Below are positions 9,021-17,896 of a stretch of 29,749 bases of DNA, in pieces (within the stretch, counting starts at the first letter, position 1; each line of letters begins with the position of its first letter). This DNA is from Candidatus Heimdallarchaeota archaeon (GTDB taxonomy: Archaea > Asgardarchaeota > Heimdallarchaeia > Heimdallarchaeales > Heimdallarchaeaceae), in the NCBI GenBank assembly GCA_021399395.1, contig JAAFKJ010000178.1, forward strand, positions 1 to 29,749, in the 5' to 3' direction. The position numbers and the translations under genes are program-made. The notes beneath the pieces were generated by a model that was not told the origin of the DNA, did no database searches, and was given only the letters and a program-made list of their open reading frames with translations.

Positions 9021-10367
9021 TCATTCCTCTACATAGGATGATTCAGGGAGGAATTCTTCTTCCTTTTTATCTATTATCTCTTTACAGACAGGACATTTAG
9101 GATTAAATCTTAACCATGTTTCTAAATGATCTATGTGGTAGATATTTTCACACAATAAGCATTTTGCTATTTGGGTCCCTCTTTCAATTTTACTATTGCA
9201 TATCATACATTTAGGTAACAACTCTTCACAATTCCAGCAATATTCTTTACCTATTTCATTAGGTCTATTACAATTTGGACACCTAGTTAGTTTTCTATAT
9301 TTGAATACTCGTTTAGTTTTCTGAGCTGTCTTATATAGATACATTCTAGCATTACTGATATCTTCACCAAAGTGTTCTCTCCAATCTAAAATTGGTTTAA
9401 CTATTGCTATTCCGCATACTAGAGAAGATAATGCTATGCGTATTTCTAGTTCAAATATTCCTAAGAAATGAAATACTAGAAACATTGCCACTCCAAAAAC
9501 AAATAAAATCAGATAATTCCTAATGATAATAAATTTGATTGACTTCCCAATTACTTTGAAAACCTCAACAGTTTTTTCATAAATCCAAATCACAAACTTC
9601 TTCATAATTTGAGGAAACTGTTTGATAGCTCTCCACCATGCTTGGAACATAGTTGTGAATACTTTTCCAATTGTCACAAGTATTTCAGCGATTTCCCTTC
9701 TAAAGTGCCAAATGAGGTTGATTAGAATTAAACCTCCTCCAATTAGATACCAGTATAATGGTTTAATCCAAACTAATACTTGAACAGCTGTTAAGATAAT
9801 TACAGTTATACCTGCAACGGATAACAAATTCCAAGGTGATAGGAGTAATTTCCAGTTGATCTTCTTCCAAATATTCTTTATTGCTTCCTTAAGTTTCTTC
9901 AAGAGTGCGATTATTTTTAAATTCAGATCATACGCCTCAAAGAAGAAACCAAAAAGTATCAATATTGCTCCCGCTCCCATCATAATATAATAGATATAAT
10001 CACGATCAAATGCAGTCACACCAACAGCGAAAAGAATTGCAGGAAAAGCTACTAAAATGAATCCTATATATGCTGTTATTGCTCCGGTTACAAAGTAGTC
10101 TATCCCCTTTCTTCTTATTCTTCTTAGAATTAGAGCAAAGAACAAAATCAGTACTCCTATTACAAAGACTCCAAGAACTATTCTAAAGACAAGATCTTCG
10201 TAAGTCATATCCAGAGCTAAAGTAATGACTAAAATCCCAATTATGCTTAAAACTGAAATAGCAAATCCTATCCACAGAGTTGTAATAACAGGATTTCGCT
10301 CTACAAGACCAGGATCTTTAAGCTCCCCTTTCAAATCAATGGAATCCTTGCTGTTCATTTCTTCCAC
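9021..10367 (-). CDS. Polytopic membrane protein with C-terminal Zn ribbon plus RING-type finger (putative membrane E3 ligase-like)
   Basis: About 8 TMs, then CPNC...CWNC, then C-x2-C-x12-C-x2-C-x4-H-x2-H-x3-W-x6-CP-x-C with the RING-type W...CP signature. Confidence 0.75.
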   Translation of the reverse strand: MEEMNSKDSIDLKGELKDPGLVERNPVITTLWIGFAISVLSIIGILVITLALDMTYEDLVFRIVLGVFVIGVLILFFALILRRIRRKGIDYFVTGAITAYIGFILVAFPAILFAVGVTAFDRDYIYYIMMGAGAILILFGFFFEAYDLNLKIIALLKKLKEAIKNIWKKINWKLLLSPWNLLSVAGITVIILTAVQVLVWIKPLYWYLIGGGLILINLIWHFRREIAEILVTIGKVFTTMFQAWWRAIKQFPQIMKKFVIWIYEKTVEVFKVIGKSIKFIIIRNYLILFVFGVAMFLVFHFLGIFELEIRIALSSLVCGIAIVKPILDWREHFGEDISNARMYLYKTAQKTKRVFKYRKLTRCPNCNRPNEIGKEYCWNCEELLPKCMICNSKIERGTQIAKCLLCENIYHIDHLETWLRFNPKCPVCKEIIDKKEEEFLPESSYVEE

Positions 10368-12865
10368 CTCTCTCGAATCTGTTTGAGAAGTTCCTTTGAA
10401 CTACCAGTTCTTAATTTCTTTAATTCTCTTCTAAGTAGGATGAAAGCAACTACTGCTACAACATCGAAGAATGCACCTAAAGAGATTCTAATTGCAGGTT
10501 CAATTGCATCAAATATATGGAAGAAATCAAAATTGAAAATAACAAATATACCATATACCAGAGTGAATATCATCACTACGAGTAGAATCAGTCTAATACC
10601 GTTTTTGTAGATGTAAATTGAAACAGATTTGATTGCTAACAATATTGTAACAGATATTTTGTAGATAGTCTTAGGAATGCTAACTAGGAATTTCCAAAGC
10701 TTCTTTGGATGATAAATGAAATGTGCAAATAGAGTAAATGTACCTCCAATTGATACAATTAGGATAAATGCGACTAGACCGATAATATCATCAAATGCAA
10801 AATAAAGGACTACTCCAACAATTACAGCTGCGAATCCAATGACTCTTGAAATAATAATTCTTTTATTAAAGATGAATGTAAATATGGCTTTGAAAAATTC
10901 ATAGATCTTAACTAAAACAATCTTTCTACTGAACAAGCCACTAATAAGTATAACAGGGATTCCTATCCAAATTAGATAATCATAACCAACAAGAATTAAA
11001 CCATATACTATTAGAGTAACACCACCTGCCACTCCAATCAACCTTAATAGTTCTTTTGTGACGCTCCACCAATGTTTCTTGATGAATTTAGCAACTTCAA
11101 CCATCCAATTCCATATAGCTTTGAAGAAATCTACTATGATATTCAAAAAACGCAAGAAAGGATTGTAAAAGATCTTGATACCTATAAATTTGATACCCTT
11201 CCATACTTGTTTGTAGTGATGAACGGGGATGTAGCAAAAACTAATTACTAGTAGAACAATATACCACCATTCAAACATCCAGGTCACAGAAAGATAGATG
11301 ATTGCGGTAATTGCAACCAAATCTAGTATGTATAACAAGACCTTGAACCAGTTTTCAATGAAAAATTTAGTAAGATTAACTATGACCTTCCATATGTAGT
11401 TTAGTGGTCTCCCTAACCATTTTATAAATTCCCAAAAGGCTAGGGTTATTTCCTTAAGTGCTGCATATATCCTTCTTAATATTGTCATACGTATGAAAAA
11501 TTCTGCTAATAGAATTACTGCAATTCCAATATAAACAAAGTAATAGAAAACTTCATTGACAATTCCATAATAAATAAGGAAGATACCCACTCCAACAAAA
11601 ATCAATCTAACTGTTTCATTAATAATTCTCTTGTAATGTGGTTTGATAATATTCTCCCAGATGAAAGTGAAAATAGCTGAAATCATGTTCCACAAACCTA
11701 TCAAAACAGTTTTTCTAGATAGGATTATAGAACAGATGATAACTACAACACCTATGCCTATGAAGTAAGAAAACTGATCATATACTGTTCCATGATAGAT
11801 GAGATAAGCTCCACCACCAGCTCCAATCAATCTTAATAGCTCTTTTAGAATGGGCCACCAATATTTGAGAATAACTCTTGCAAAAGCAACTATCAGATCC
11901 CATATGAACGATGTAATTGAGGTTAATACATCCCATAACATAGTTAATACAATTTTTCGGGTAAAAACTACACTTATAATTGCAGTTAGTATCCCTAATC
12001 CTATCAAAAATCTGTATTCAACTATTATCACACCAAAATAGATCATTACTCCCCCTCCTGCAGCTCCACTCCATCTGAAAAACTCTCTGAGAATAACCCA
12101 CCAATATTCCTTTATGAGTTTAGCAAAATTGACTAAGCCTTTCCAAATTGAAGTAAGAATCAATTTAAAGAAATTATAAAATTTAGTTAGGACTAAATAA
12201 ATCATATCTACTGCAACATGTTTTATAGCATTCCATATTCTTTTGTGGTGATGAATAATTGGGAAAGCACAACTTACTGAAAGGATTATCATCTTCCACC
12301 AATTAACTTCCCAGAAGATTGCCACAAAAATTATTCCAGCCAGAGATGCTAAATCAAGTGTATAAAGAATGATGTTTAACCAATGTTTTCGAACCCATTT
12401 AGCAAATTTAACCATTAGTTTCCAGAGCTGTTTGAATGGCTCTACAAATAGTTTCCAGATGAATTGATCTAAAAATGTAAGTTCAACAATAATCCCCAAT
12501 ACTATTGACCCTATCCCCCAATATACGAAAAATCTATAACCAAGATAACTCAGATTTAAATTTTCTAGAAATGAGATATTCTTACTAGTTGACATTAGAA
12601 TCAGTAAAAATCCAATAACGACAAAGAATATACCAACTTGTATTTTCTTATTAACTGTCAAATTGTATCTCAGCATCTGTACTGTCAAGTAAAAAACAAT
12701 GACAAGAGAACTCACAATTAGAGAGATGAAGAGGATATCGTTGAGTAAAGCAATTTCCTCGATTACTAGAGAAAGAATAAACATAGTAACGATGATAATA
12801 ACAAAAGAATAGTAAAATACATTTGATAAAACATTATGTACTCTTTTTTCCTTCTCTAGCTCCAT
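10355..12865 (-). CDS. Large repetitive polytopic membrane protein (TM-hairpin plus amphipathic-helix repeats)
   Basis: 836-aa ORF in which hydrophobic helix pairs alternate with W/K/F amphipathic stretches. Overlaps the downstream RING gene by 13 bp. Confidence 0.8.
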   Translation of the reverse strand: MELEKEKRVHNVLSNVFYYSFVIIIVTMFILSLVIEEIALLNDILFISLIVSSLVIVFYLTVQMLRYNLTVNKKIQVGIFFVVIGFLLILMSTSKNISFLENLNLSYLGYRFFVYWGIGSIVLGIIVELTFLDQFIWKLFVEPFKQLWKLMVKFAKWVRKHWLNIILYTLDLASLAGIIFVAIFWEVNWWKMIILSVSCAFPIIHHHKRIWNAIKHVAVDMIYLVLTKFYNFFKLILTSIWKGLVNFAKLIKEYWWVILREFFRWSGAAGGGVMIYFGVIIVEYRFLIGLGILTAIISVVFTRKIVLTMLWDVLTSITSFIWDLIVAFARVILKYWWPILKELLRLIGAGGGAYLIYHGTVYDQFSYFIGIGVVVIICSIILSRKTVLIGLWNMISAIFTFIWENIIKPHYKRIINETVRLIFVGVGIFLIYYGIVNEVFYYFVYIGIAVILLAEFFIRMTILRRIYAALKEITLAFWEFIKWLGRPLNYIWKVIVNLTKFFIENWFKVLLYILDLVAITAIIYLSVTWMFEWWYIVLLVISFCYIPVHHYKQVWKGIKFIGIKIFYNPFLRFLNIIVDFFKAIWNWMVEVAKFIKKHWWSVTKELLRLIGVAGGVTLIVYGLILVGYDYLIWIGIPVILISGLFSRKIVLVKIYEFFKAIFTFIFNKRIIISRVIGFAAVIVGVVLYFAFDDIIGLVAFILIVSIGGTFTLFAHFIYHPKKLWKFLVSIPKTIYKISVTILLAIKSVSIYIYKNGIRLILLVVMIFTLVYGIFVIFNFDFFHIFDAIEPAIRISLGAFFDVVAVVAFILLRRELKKLRTGSSKELLKQIRERWKK
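10700..12450 (-). repeat. Protein-level tandem repeats (~75-95 aa) inside the 836-aa membrane protein
   Basis: Type A units at aa ~162 and ~506 (WxxxxLYxLDL...WW...HHxKxxWxxIK). Type B units at aa ~255, 336, 411 and 599 (WWxxx(K/R)ExxRxxG(A/V)xGG...IYxG...IG...SRK). The A-to-B distance is 93 aa in both copies. Confidence 0.8.
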
Positions 12866-12963
12866 CTAGCTATCTATGTTTGCTTATTATTTAAGTATTA
12901 ACTATTCGTAATCTTAACACATTACATGCTTGCAAGTCTCAGAAATTTAATTATGAAGAATGA

Positions 12964-14331
12964 CTAGGGTAAGGGATGTAGATAATGCCTATCTACATCT
13001 ACATATTCCTCTCCGTTGTAAACTAGATATTCAGCATGTACATCATGTAATTCGTTATACTTCTGATACCAAGGTGATGTCCCAAGTAATGACCATTTTT
13101 CAGCAATTTCTTTGCTTATCGAAATCTTTTTTTCATTCTCCATTGCTATTTTTATTGATTCTGCAAGAGAAAGAGAGCATGCCAATATAACAGCTGTTGG
13201 AGTTGTTCGAATTGAGGAAAAATTCCAGAGTCTTGTCTTAGCTACAATATAATTAACAATCTCTGCAGGAAAGATTTCTTCGTTTATATTTGATTTTTCT
13301 AAGAGTTTTGTAACCAATTCTTTCAGGTGTGATTCATTAAAAGGGAATTCTTTGGAAATGTCATATACATCAAAACTTTCATCTACAAAAGAAGAGATAT
13401 CTTTTCCTCCCGAAATAATAAAAAGATTGATTTCTTTTTTAGGATACTTTGATTCCATTTTCTGTTTCAAAACGTGAATATCTATATCTATCTCGTCAAC
13501 AAATAATACTAGATTTTCTCCTGGAGATTTTTCCACAACCCATTCAGTGACACTTTCAGCAGAATTTTCCGGGTTAAATTCTACATCAATATATTTTCCA
13601 TCGTCTCCCTTCCAAAACTCAGTTCTATAGATGAATGGCAAAGAAAGATCTTTACACCTTTTCATCAAAGAGTAACAAATTTGAGTTTTACCAGAACCAC
13701 CATATCGACCATAAATGTGCGCGTTCTTCTCAGGTTGAATACCTTCTTTCATTTGGGTAAGTGTTTGATCAAGTATTTGTACCAACGAATGATCTACAAC
13801 AAAATCGTGTCTCATCCAGCAACTATCAGGATTAACGAGTGGTGAATATTGTTTATAGTTGCTAAAGATATCTAGGGCGTCCTCTCTTGTAAAACCTATA
13901 TTTATTTTTAGTATTTCTGTTTCATTATGAGGAAATGGAATTGTCGGAATAACATCTGAGCCATAGAGGAGTGTTCGTGTATTCTTTAGATTAATCTGGT
14001 CTTCTGGCAAGAGACAGTGGTTATTCCTAATATTAATGTGCCACAGATTAGTTTTAGTACGTATATAACTTCTTGAAAATGAATTTGCAAGTCTTACACC
14101 TTCCTCCCAACCAAATTCATCTTGTAGTTTGTCATAAATTAAATCGATGAGTAAAAGATTTTCGAGACTGTAATCAGATTCAGATATAATAATGACTAAC
14201 CCTTCACGCTTTTCTAGAATTTTATCAAAAAGAGTGATTTCCTTATCAAACTCATATACTGCAATGATCTCTGGAAAGATAAGTAATAGTTTTTCAATAA
14301 ATGATTTGAGTATGTCTTCTCTCGAGCTCAT
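12964..14331 (-). CDS. P-loop NTPase (AAA+/STAND-like) with a degenerate nucleotidyltransferase-like N-terminal domain
   Basis: Walker A HIYGRYGGSGKT and Walker B LVLFVDEID. The N-terminal LLPEDQINLKNTRTLLYGSDVIPTIPFP resembles the neighbouring gene's LSPADDFMIMKQGEVLYGVDLRKHFPIP. Confidence 0.65.
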   Translation of the reverse strand: MSSREDILKSFIEKLLLIFPEIIAVYEFDKEITLFDKILEKREGLVIIISESDYSLENLLLIDLIYDKLQDEFGWEEGVRLANSFSRSYIRTKTNLWHINIRNNHCLLPEDQINLKNTRTLLYGSDVIPTIPFPHNETEILKINIGFTREDALDIFSNYKQYSPLVNPDSCWMRHDFVVDHSLVQILDQTLTQMKEGIQPEKNAHIYGRYGGSGKTQICYSLMKRCKDLSLPFIYRTEFWKGDDGKYIDVEFNPENSAESVTEWVVEKSPGENLVLFVDEIDIDIHVLKQKMESKYPKKEINLFIISGGKDISSFVDESFDVYDISKEFPFNESHLKELVTKLLEKSNINEEIFPAEIVNYIVAKTRLWNFSSIRTTPTAVILACSLSLAESIKIAMENEKKISISKEIAEKWSLLGTSPWYQKYNELHDVHAEYLVYNGEEYVDVDRHYLHPLP

Positions 14332-14341
14332 CTGAGTATAC

Positions 14342-15241
14342 TTAGAGGTTCTCTATTATATTTCTTATCTCCATGAATATTCTACTAAAATTTGCATGTC
14401 CTTGGTCTTCTTTGTAAAGAGATTTTAGGTCTGGTACAAATATGCCCTTAATCGTGAATGCTTTTTCCAAGCAAAATAATAAGAGTTCCCGGCTATGTTC
14501 TACTACCCCCATAACACTAGATAAAGAGATATTCCTTTGCCTACACATCGCTACTTCTACAACGAAATCACCTAACTTGCTAAGATATTCATTCGAGAAC
14601 CAATATGCTCCCTTCATTTTCCCAATTATGTCATTATTTTTTATGGAAAACAATACTCTTGAAAGGTAAAGTATCCAATTTGTTGCATGATCATAGTTTG
14701 GGGAATCAGTATGTTGGAAAGGATACGATTTTGCGACTTCTTCTATATTTGGAACCTCTGCTAGAAACTGATGCCAAAAACACTCTATTGGTGGTATAGG
14801 GAAATGCTTTCTCAAGTCTACGCCATATAATACCTCGCCTTGTTTCATAATCATGAAATCATCAGCAGGAGAAAGAGGATATTGGTTGATTATCTCTTGT
14901 TGAAGATTGGCAACTACCATTCCTTCCAAATCTTGGTGATTAATTCTTGGATTTTCTAACATGATATAAGGAACAAAATATGCCCTAAGTATCTGGGAGA
15001 AATCCTTATTCATGGTTGAAAGTTTATCTATAATCGAATCAAGTTCGTTGAAATCTTTTTCCCATAACCCCTTTTCTAAAACAATTATAACCTTAATAAG
15101 ACTGTATCTTTTAGAAAAATCATCTAAAACGACATCACCAAAGAGGATGAAAGATCTCGTTGCAAGAGATGTTGCTGTGAATTCTACAAAAGTTTTGAGA
15201 AATCTAGGTAGCTCTGGATACCTTCCATAGGTGACTTGCAT
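14342..15241 (-). CDS. Nucleotidyltransferase-fold protein, aminoglycoside adenylyltransferase (AadA/DUF4111)-like, apparently catalytically inactive
   Basis: FILFGDVVLDDF...SLIKVIIV aligns with the hhhGS...SDxDhhh motif. GEVLYG and ILYLSRVLFSIKNNDIIGKMKGAYW match the ANT C-terminal helical domain. The catalytic aspartates are absent. Confidence 0.65.
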   Translation of the reverse strand: MQVTYGRYPELPRFLKTFVEFTATSLATRSFILFGDVVLDDFSKRYSLIKVIIVLEKGLWEKDFNELDSIIDKLSTMNKDFSQILRAYFVPYIMLENPRINHQDLEGMVVANLQQEIINQYPLSPADDFMIMKQGEVLYGVDLRKHFPIPPIECFWHQFLAEVPNIEEVAKSYPFQHTDSPNYDHATNWILYLSRVLFSIKNNDIIGKMKGAYWFSNEYLSKLGDFVVEVAMCRQRNISLSSVMGVVEHSRELLLFCLEKAFTIKGIFVPDLKSLYKEDQGHANFSRIFMEIRNIIENL

Positions 15242-15289
15242 AGATTATTGATACCTAGTTAGTAATATTAGCTTTTCGAAAGTATTAAT

Positions 15290-15318
15290 GAAAAAAATAA
15301 GAAAAAGAAAGAAAAAAG
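15290..15318 (-). terminator. Oligo-T terminator tract downstream of the pilin-like gene
   Basis: A-rich tract on + directly after the stop codon at 15322. Confidence 0.45.
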
Positions 15319-15321
15319 ATG

Positions 15322-17100
15322 TTATTGATCTACAAAGAATATTTGCCAAACACCCAATTCTTGAATATAAAATCTAATTTCAAAATCAGCCTTGTCTGTT
15401 CTATCAAAGTAGTCAAATAATATCGTTAATTTATGAATACTTCCTCCATCTAGAACTGCTCCTGTACCACCATTAACTGGTAGAACACTTTCTTGAGCAT
15501 ATGGCTGTCCTGTGGGGTCTAACCAGATTGTTCCATCGGTGTTATCTCTCATCTCAAAGATGTAATCTGCTCTATTATCTGGTTCCCAATCAATATAGAT
15601 TTGAGTAATAGTAATTTCGTTTGGTAAGTTGTTTGTGAGGAAGAAACTAAATGTGCTTCTAGAGAAAAATCCTCTTACACCTACAGCTCCAGATAATGTC
15701 ATTTTTGGATTAGCTACAGACATTAGAATAATAGTTGTTTTTGCATTCATGGCATCAGAAGAATCGTATACAAATGTTACCATTGCGTAATCATCATCTG
15801 GTAATAGATAGCTGTTGAAATCTAGTTCCCATGTTTTATCAATGACATTATATGTAGCTTGATCGTCGATTACATTCTGGTAAAGATAGTAAAAGTCGGT
15901 TGTTTGACTGAAGAAGTAGATGTCAAAGTTTGTTGTATCAATTCCAGATGGATCGTCTGCATAAACCTCAATTGTCAATACTCCTTCTATACCTACAGAA
16001 TTGTTTTCAGGTGTTAAAACATATGATGTTGGTGCGAGAATATCAACTAATGAGAATGCTTTACCTGAGCTATTCAAGTTCCCTACTGCATCTTTTACAT
16101 AAAGTGTAAGAGTAAAATCATCTTCAGCCATAATTGCAGTCTTAAAACCCAACAAATCATAAGATGTAATAGTGTCATCAGTTGCTGTAAATACAGATTC
16201 TGAATTATGAACATCTCCTGATAGTACTAGAGTTTGATTGATTACTGGAGCACCACCTAACTCATCCCACACCCAAGTAGCATTCAAATAATCACCTTGG
16301 TTAATGGATGAATTACTCAAACTCAATGTAACACCGATTGCTTTGTTATCAATATTGAAGGTATTAGTTATAATGTCGGACTGGTTTAAAGCATCATTTA
16401 CAGCGAAGGTCATTTTATATCCTAAATCGTCATCATAATCAGTTGAATCAATGTCTGTTGCTAGATTTTCATCATCAAATACAACAGTTTGATCAGGCAA
16501 AAGGAAATCATAAGTTACACCTGTAGGTAAATACCCTCCAGACACTAATACTTGAGGATCTATAATGCCTTTCACCCAACTACCGTTTATAGGATTTAAA
16601 ACTGTTAACTCTAATGGGTAAATTACACTGGCGTGATTCAAATTTTCTGGAGCAACTGTACTTAAACCATCGCTATAAGTAAGTATTATCTGGAAATTAT
16701 TAGTTCCTACTGAAATATAAGCTGATGGATCAAAAGAAATTGCTATATCCATTCTTGCGGTAACATCGAGCGTTAAAGGAAGCTCTTCCACAACCAGTTC
16801 TGCATTATCAATTGCTATATTCTCTGCTAGAGCATCATTATTTACTGTAATTGTAATATTTGATATTATAGTGCTCGCCGATCCAGAATTTTGTAAAGTA
16901 ATATAGACTAGATCTGTAACATCGTCACCATCACTATCGAACCATTGGGTAGTAACAATATTTACGCTAGCGCTCCCCCTTAATAAGGGTACAACAATAA
17001 AGTAGACCATTGCGCTTGCTGCCACTACTAAACTTATTAAAAGAACGGTTGCAATGACTGGTGAAACGGCTCTTTTTAATTTTCTTATTCTTCTATTCAT
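15322..17100 (-). CDS. Archaeal type IV pilin/archaellin-like N-terminus fused to multiple Ig-like beta-sandwich domains (large minor pilin/adhesin)
   Basis: Class III signal peptide MNRRIRKLKRA|VSPVIATVLLISLVVAASAMVY; LQNSGS motif; D/T/N-rich beta repeats such as YVKDAVGN, DILAP...TPENN and ADDPSGID; GAGGT precedes the ATG. Confidence 0.85.
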   Translation of the reverse strand: MNRRIRKLKRAVSPVIATVLLISLVVAASAMVYFIVVPLLRGSASVNIVTTQWFDSDGDDVTDLVYITLQNSGSASTIISNITITVNNDALAENIAIDNAELVVEELPLTLDVTARMDIAISFDPSAYISVGTNNFQIILTYSDGLSTVAPENLNHASVIYPLELTVLNPINGSWVKGIIDPQVLVSGGYLPTGVTYDFLLPDQTVVFDDENLATDIDSTDYDDDLGYKMTFAVNDALNQSDIITNTFNIDNKAIGVTLSLSNSSINQGDYLNATWVWDELGGAPVINQTLVLSGDVHNSESVFTATDDTITSYDLLGFKTAIMAEDDFTLTLYVKDAVGNLNSSGKAFSLVDILAPTSYVLTPENNSVGIEGVLTIEVYADDPSGIDTTNFDIYFFSQTTDFYYLYQNVIDDQATYNVIDKTWELDFNSYLLPDDDYAMVTFVYDSSDAMNAKTTIILMSVANPKMTLSGAVGVRGFFSRSTFSFFLTNNLPNEITITQIYIDWEPDNRADYIFEMRDNTDGTIWLDPTGQPYAQESVLPVNGGTGAVLDGGSIHKLTILFDYFDRTDKADFEIRFYIQELGVWQIFFVDQ

Positions 17101-17231
17101 ATAATTACCTCTAAACGGTTACTATAGATATTACAAATTTTAAGGTAATAAATCTTATTGCTGTACTAGTGCAATTCCATAGTTAAAACGAATCACTTAT
17201 AACACTACAAATACCTCGGAAATTCAAGGAA

Positions 17232-17882
17232 ATGACTCAAGAGAAGAAAATTACTGTAAAAAAACCTGCTTATCTTCAAAATGATAAACTAGCAGATGAA
17301 ATAAGAGAGATAATGAAGAGCAAAGATAAACTATTCTTCAATGTTATGGGGTCCATTGGTGCAGGTAAGACATTCTTATTAGAGCGAATAGCTGAGAAGC
17401 TAACCCCCCATTATAGGATTTTTGTAATTAATGGAGATGTCGCAACTACCATCGATGCAGATAGGATAGCATCAAAAGGAGCTACAACTGTTCAGATAAA
17501 CACAGGTGGAGGATGCCATCTCAATGCAAAATTAATTCAGAACGAATTGGATAAAATAAATATAGATGACTATGATATTTTCTTCACAGAAAATGTTGGT
17601 AATTTGATATGTCCTTCTGCTTGGGATGTGGGAGCCCAACTGGACATTGTTGTTGTAAGTATTACAGAAGGAGAGTATGTAATTAAGAAACATCCAATTA
17701 TTTTCAAAGGTGCTCAAATTGCAGTAATTAATAAATGCGATTTAGATGGATTAGGCTTCAATTCAGATACTTTGGTAGAAGATGCAAAAAAAATAAAATC
17801 TGACATGAAGGTTATTTGTACAAGTGCAAAACAGATAACGGGTATAGATGAGCTTATCGCAGCATTAGGTATCAAGATATAA
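17232..17882 (+). CDS. hypB: Hydrogenase nickel-incorporation GTPase HypB
   Basis: GSIGAGKT, NGD...DA, TGGGCHL, ENVGNLICP, SITEG...KHP, NKCD and SAK motifs. Confidence 0.95.
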   Translation: MTQEKKITVKKPAYLQNDKLADEIREIMKSKDKLFFNVMGSIGAGKTFLLERIAEKLTPHYRIFVINGDVATTIDADRIASKGATTVQINTGGGCHLNAKLIQNELDKINIDDYDIFFTENVGNLICPSAWDVGAQLDIVVVSITEGEYVIKKHPIIFKGAQIAVINKCDLDGLGFNSDTLVEDAKKIKSDMKVICTSAKQITGIDELIAALGIKI

Positions 17883-17896
17883 TAGGTTGTAGTGAA

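Noticed and set aside
10355-12865. Phage tape-measure protein, suggested by the periodic W/F/K amphipathic stretches
   Set aside because: The stretches alternate regularly with TM hairpins, and there are no tail, capsid, terminase or integrase genes nearby.
14342-15241. Functional aminoglycoside-resistance gene or MNT-HEPN toxin-antitoxin pair
   Set aside because: The catalytic GS/DxD residues are missing, and no HEPN partner is evident.
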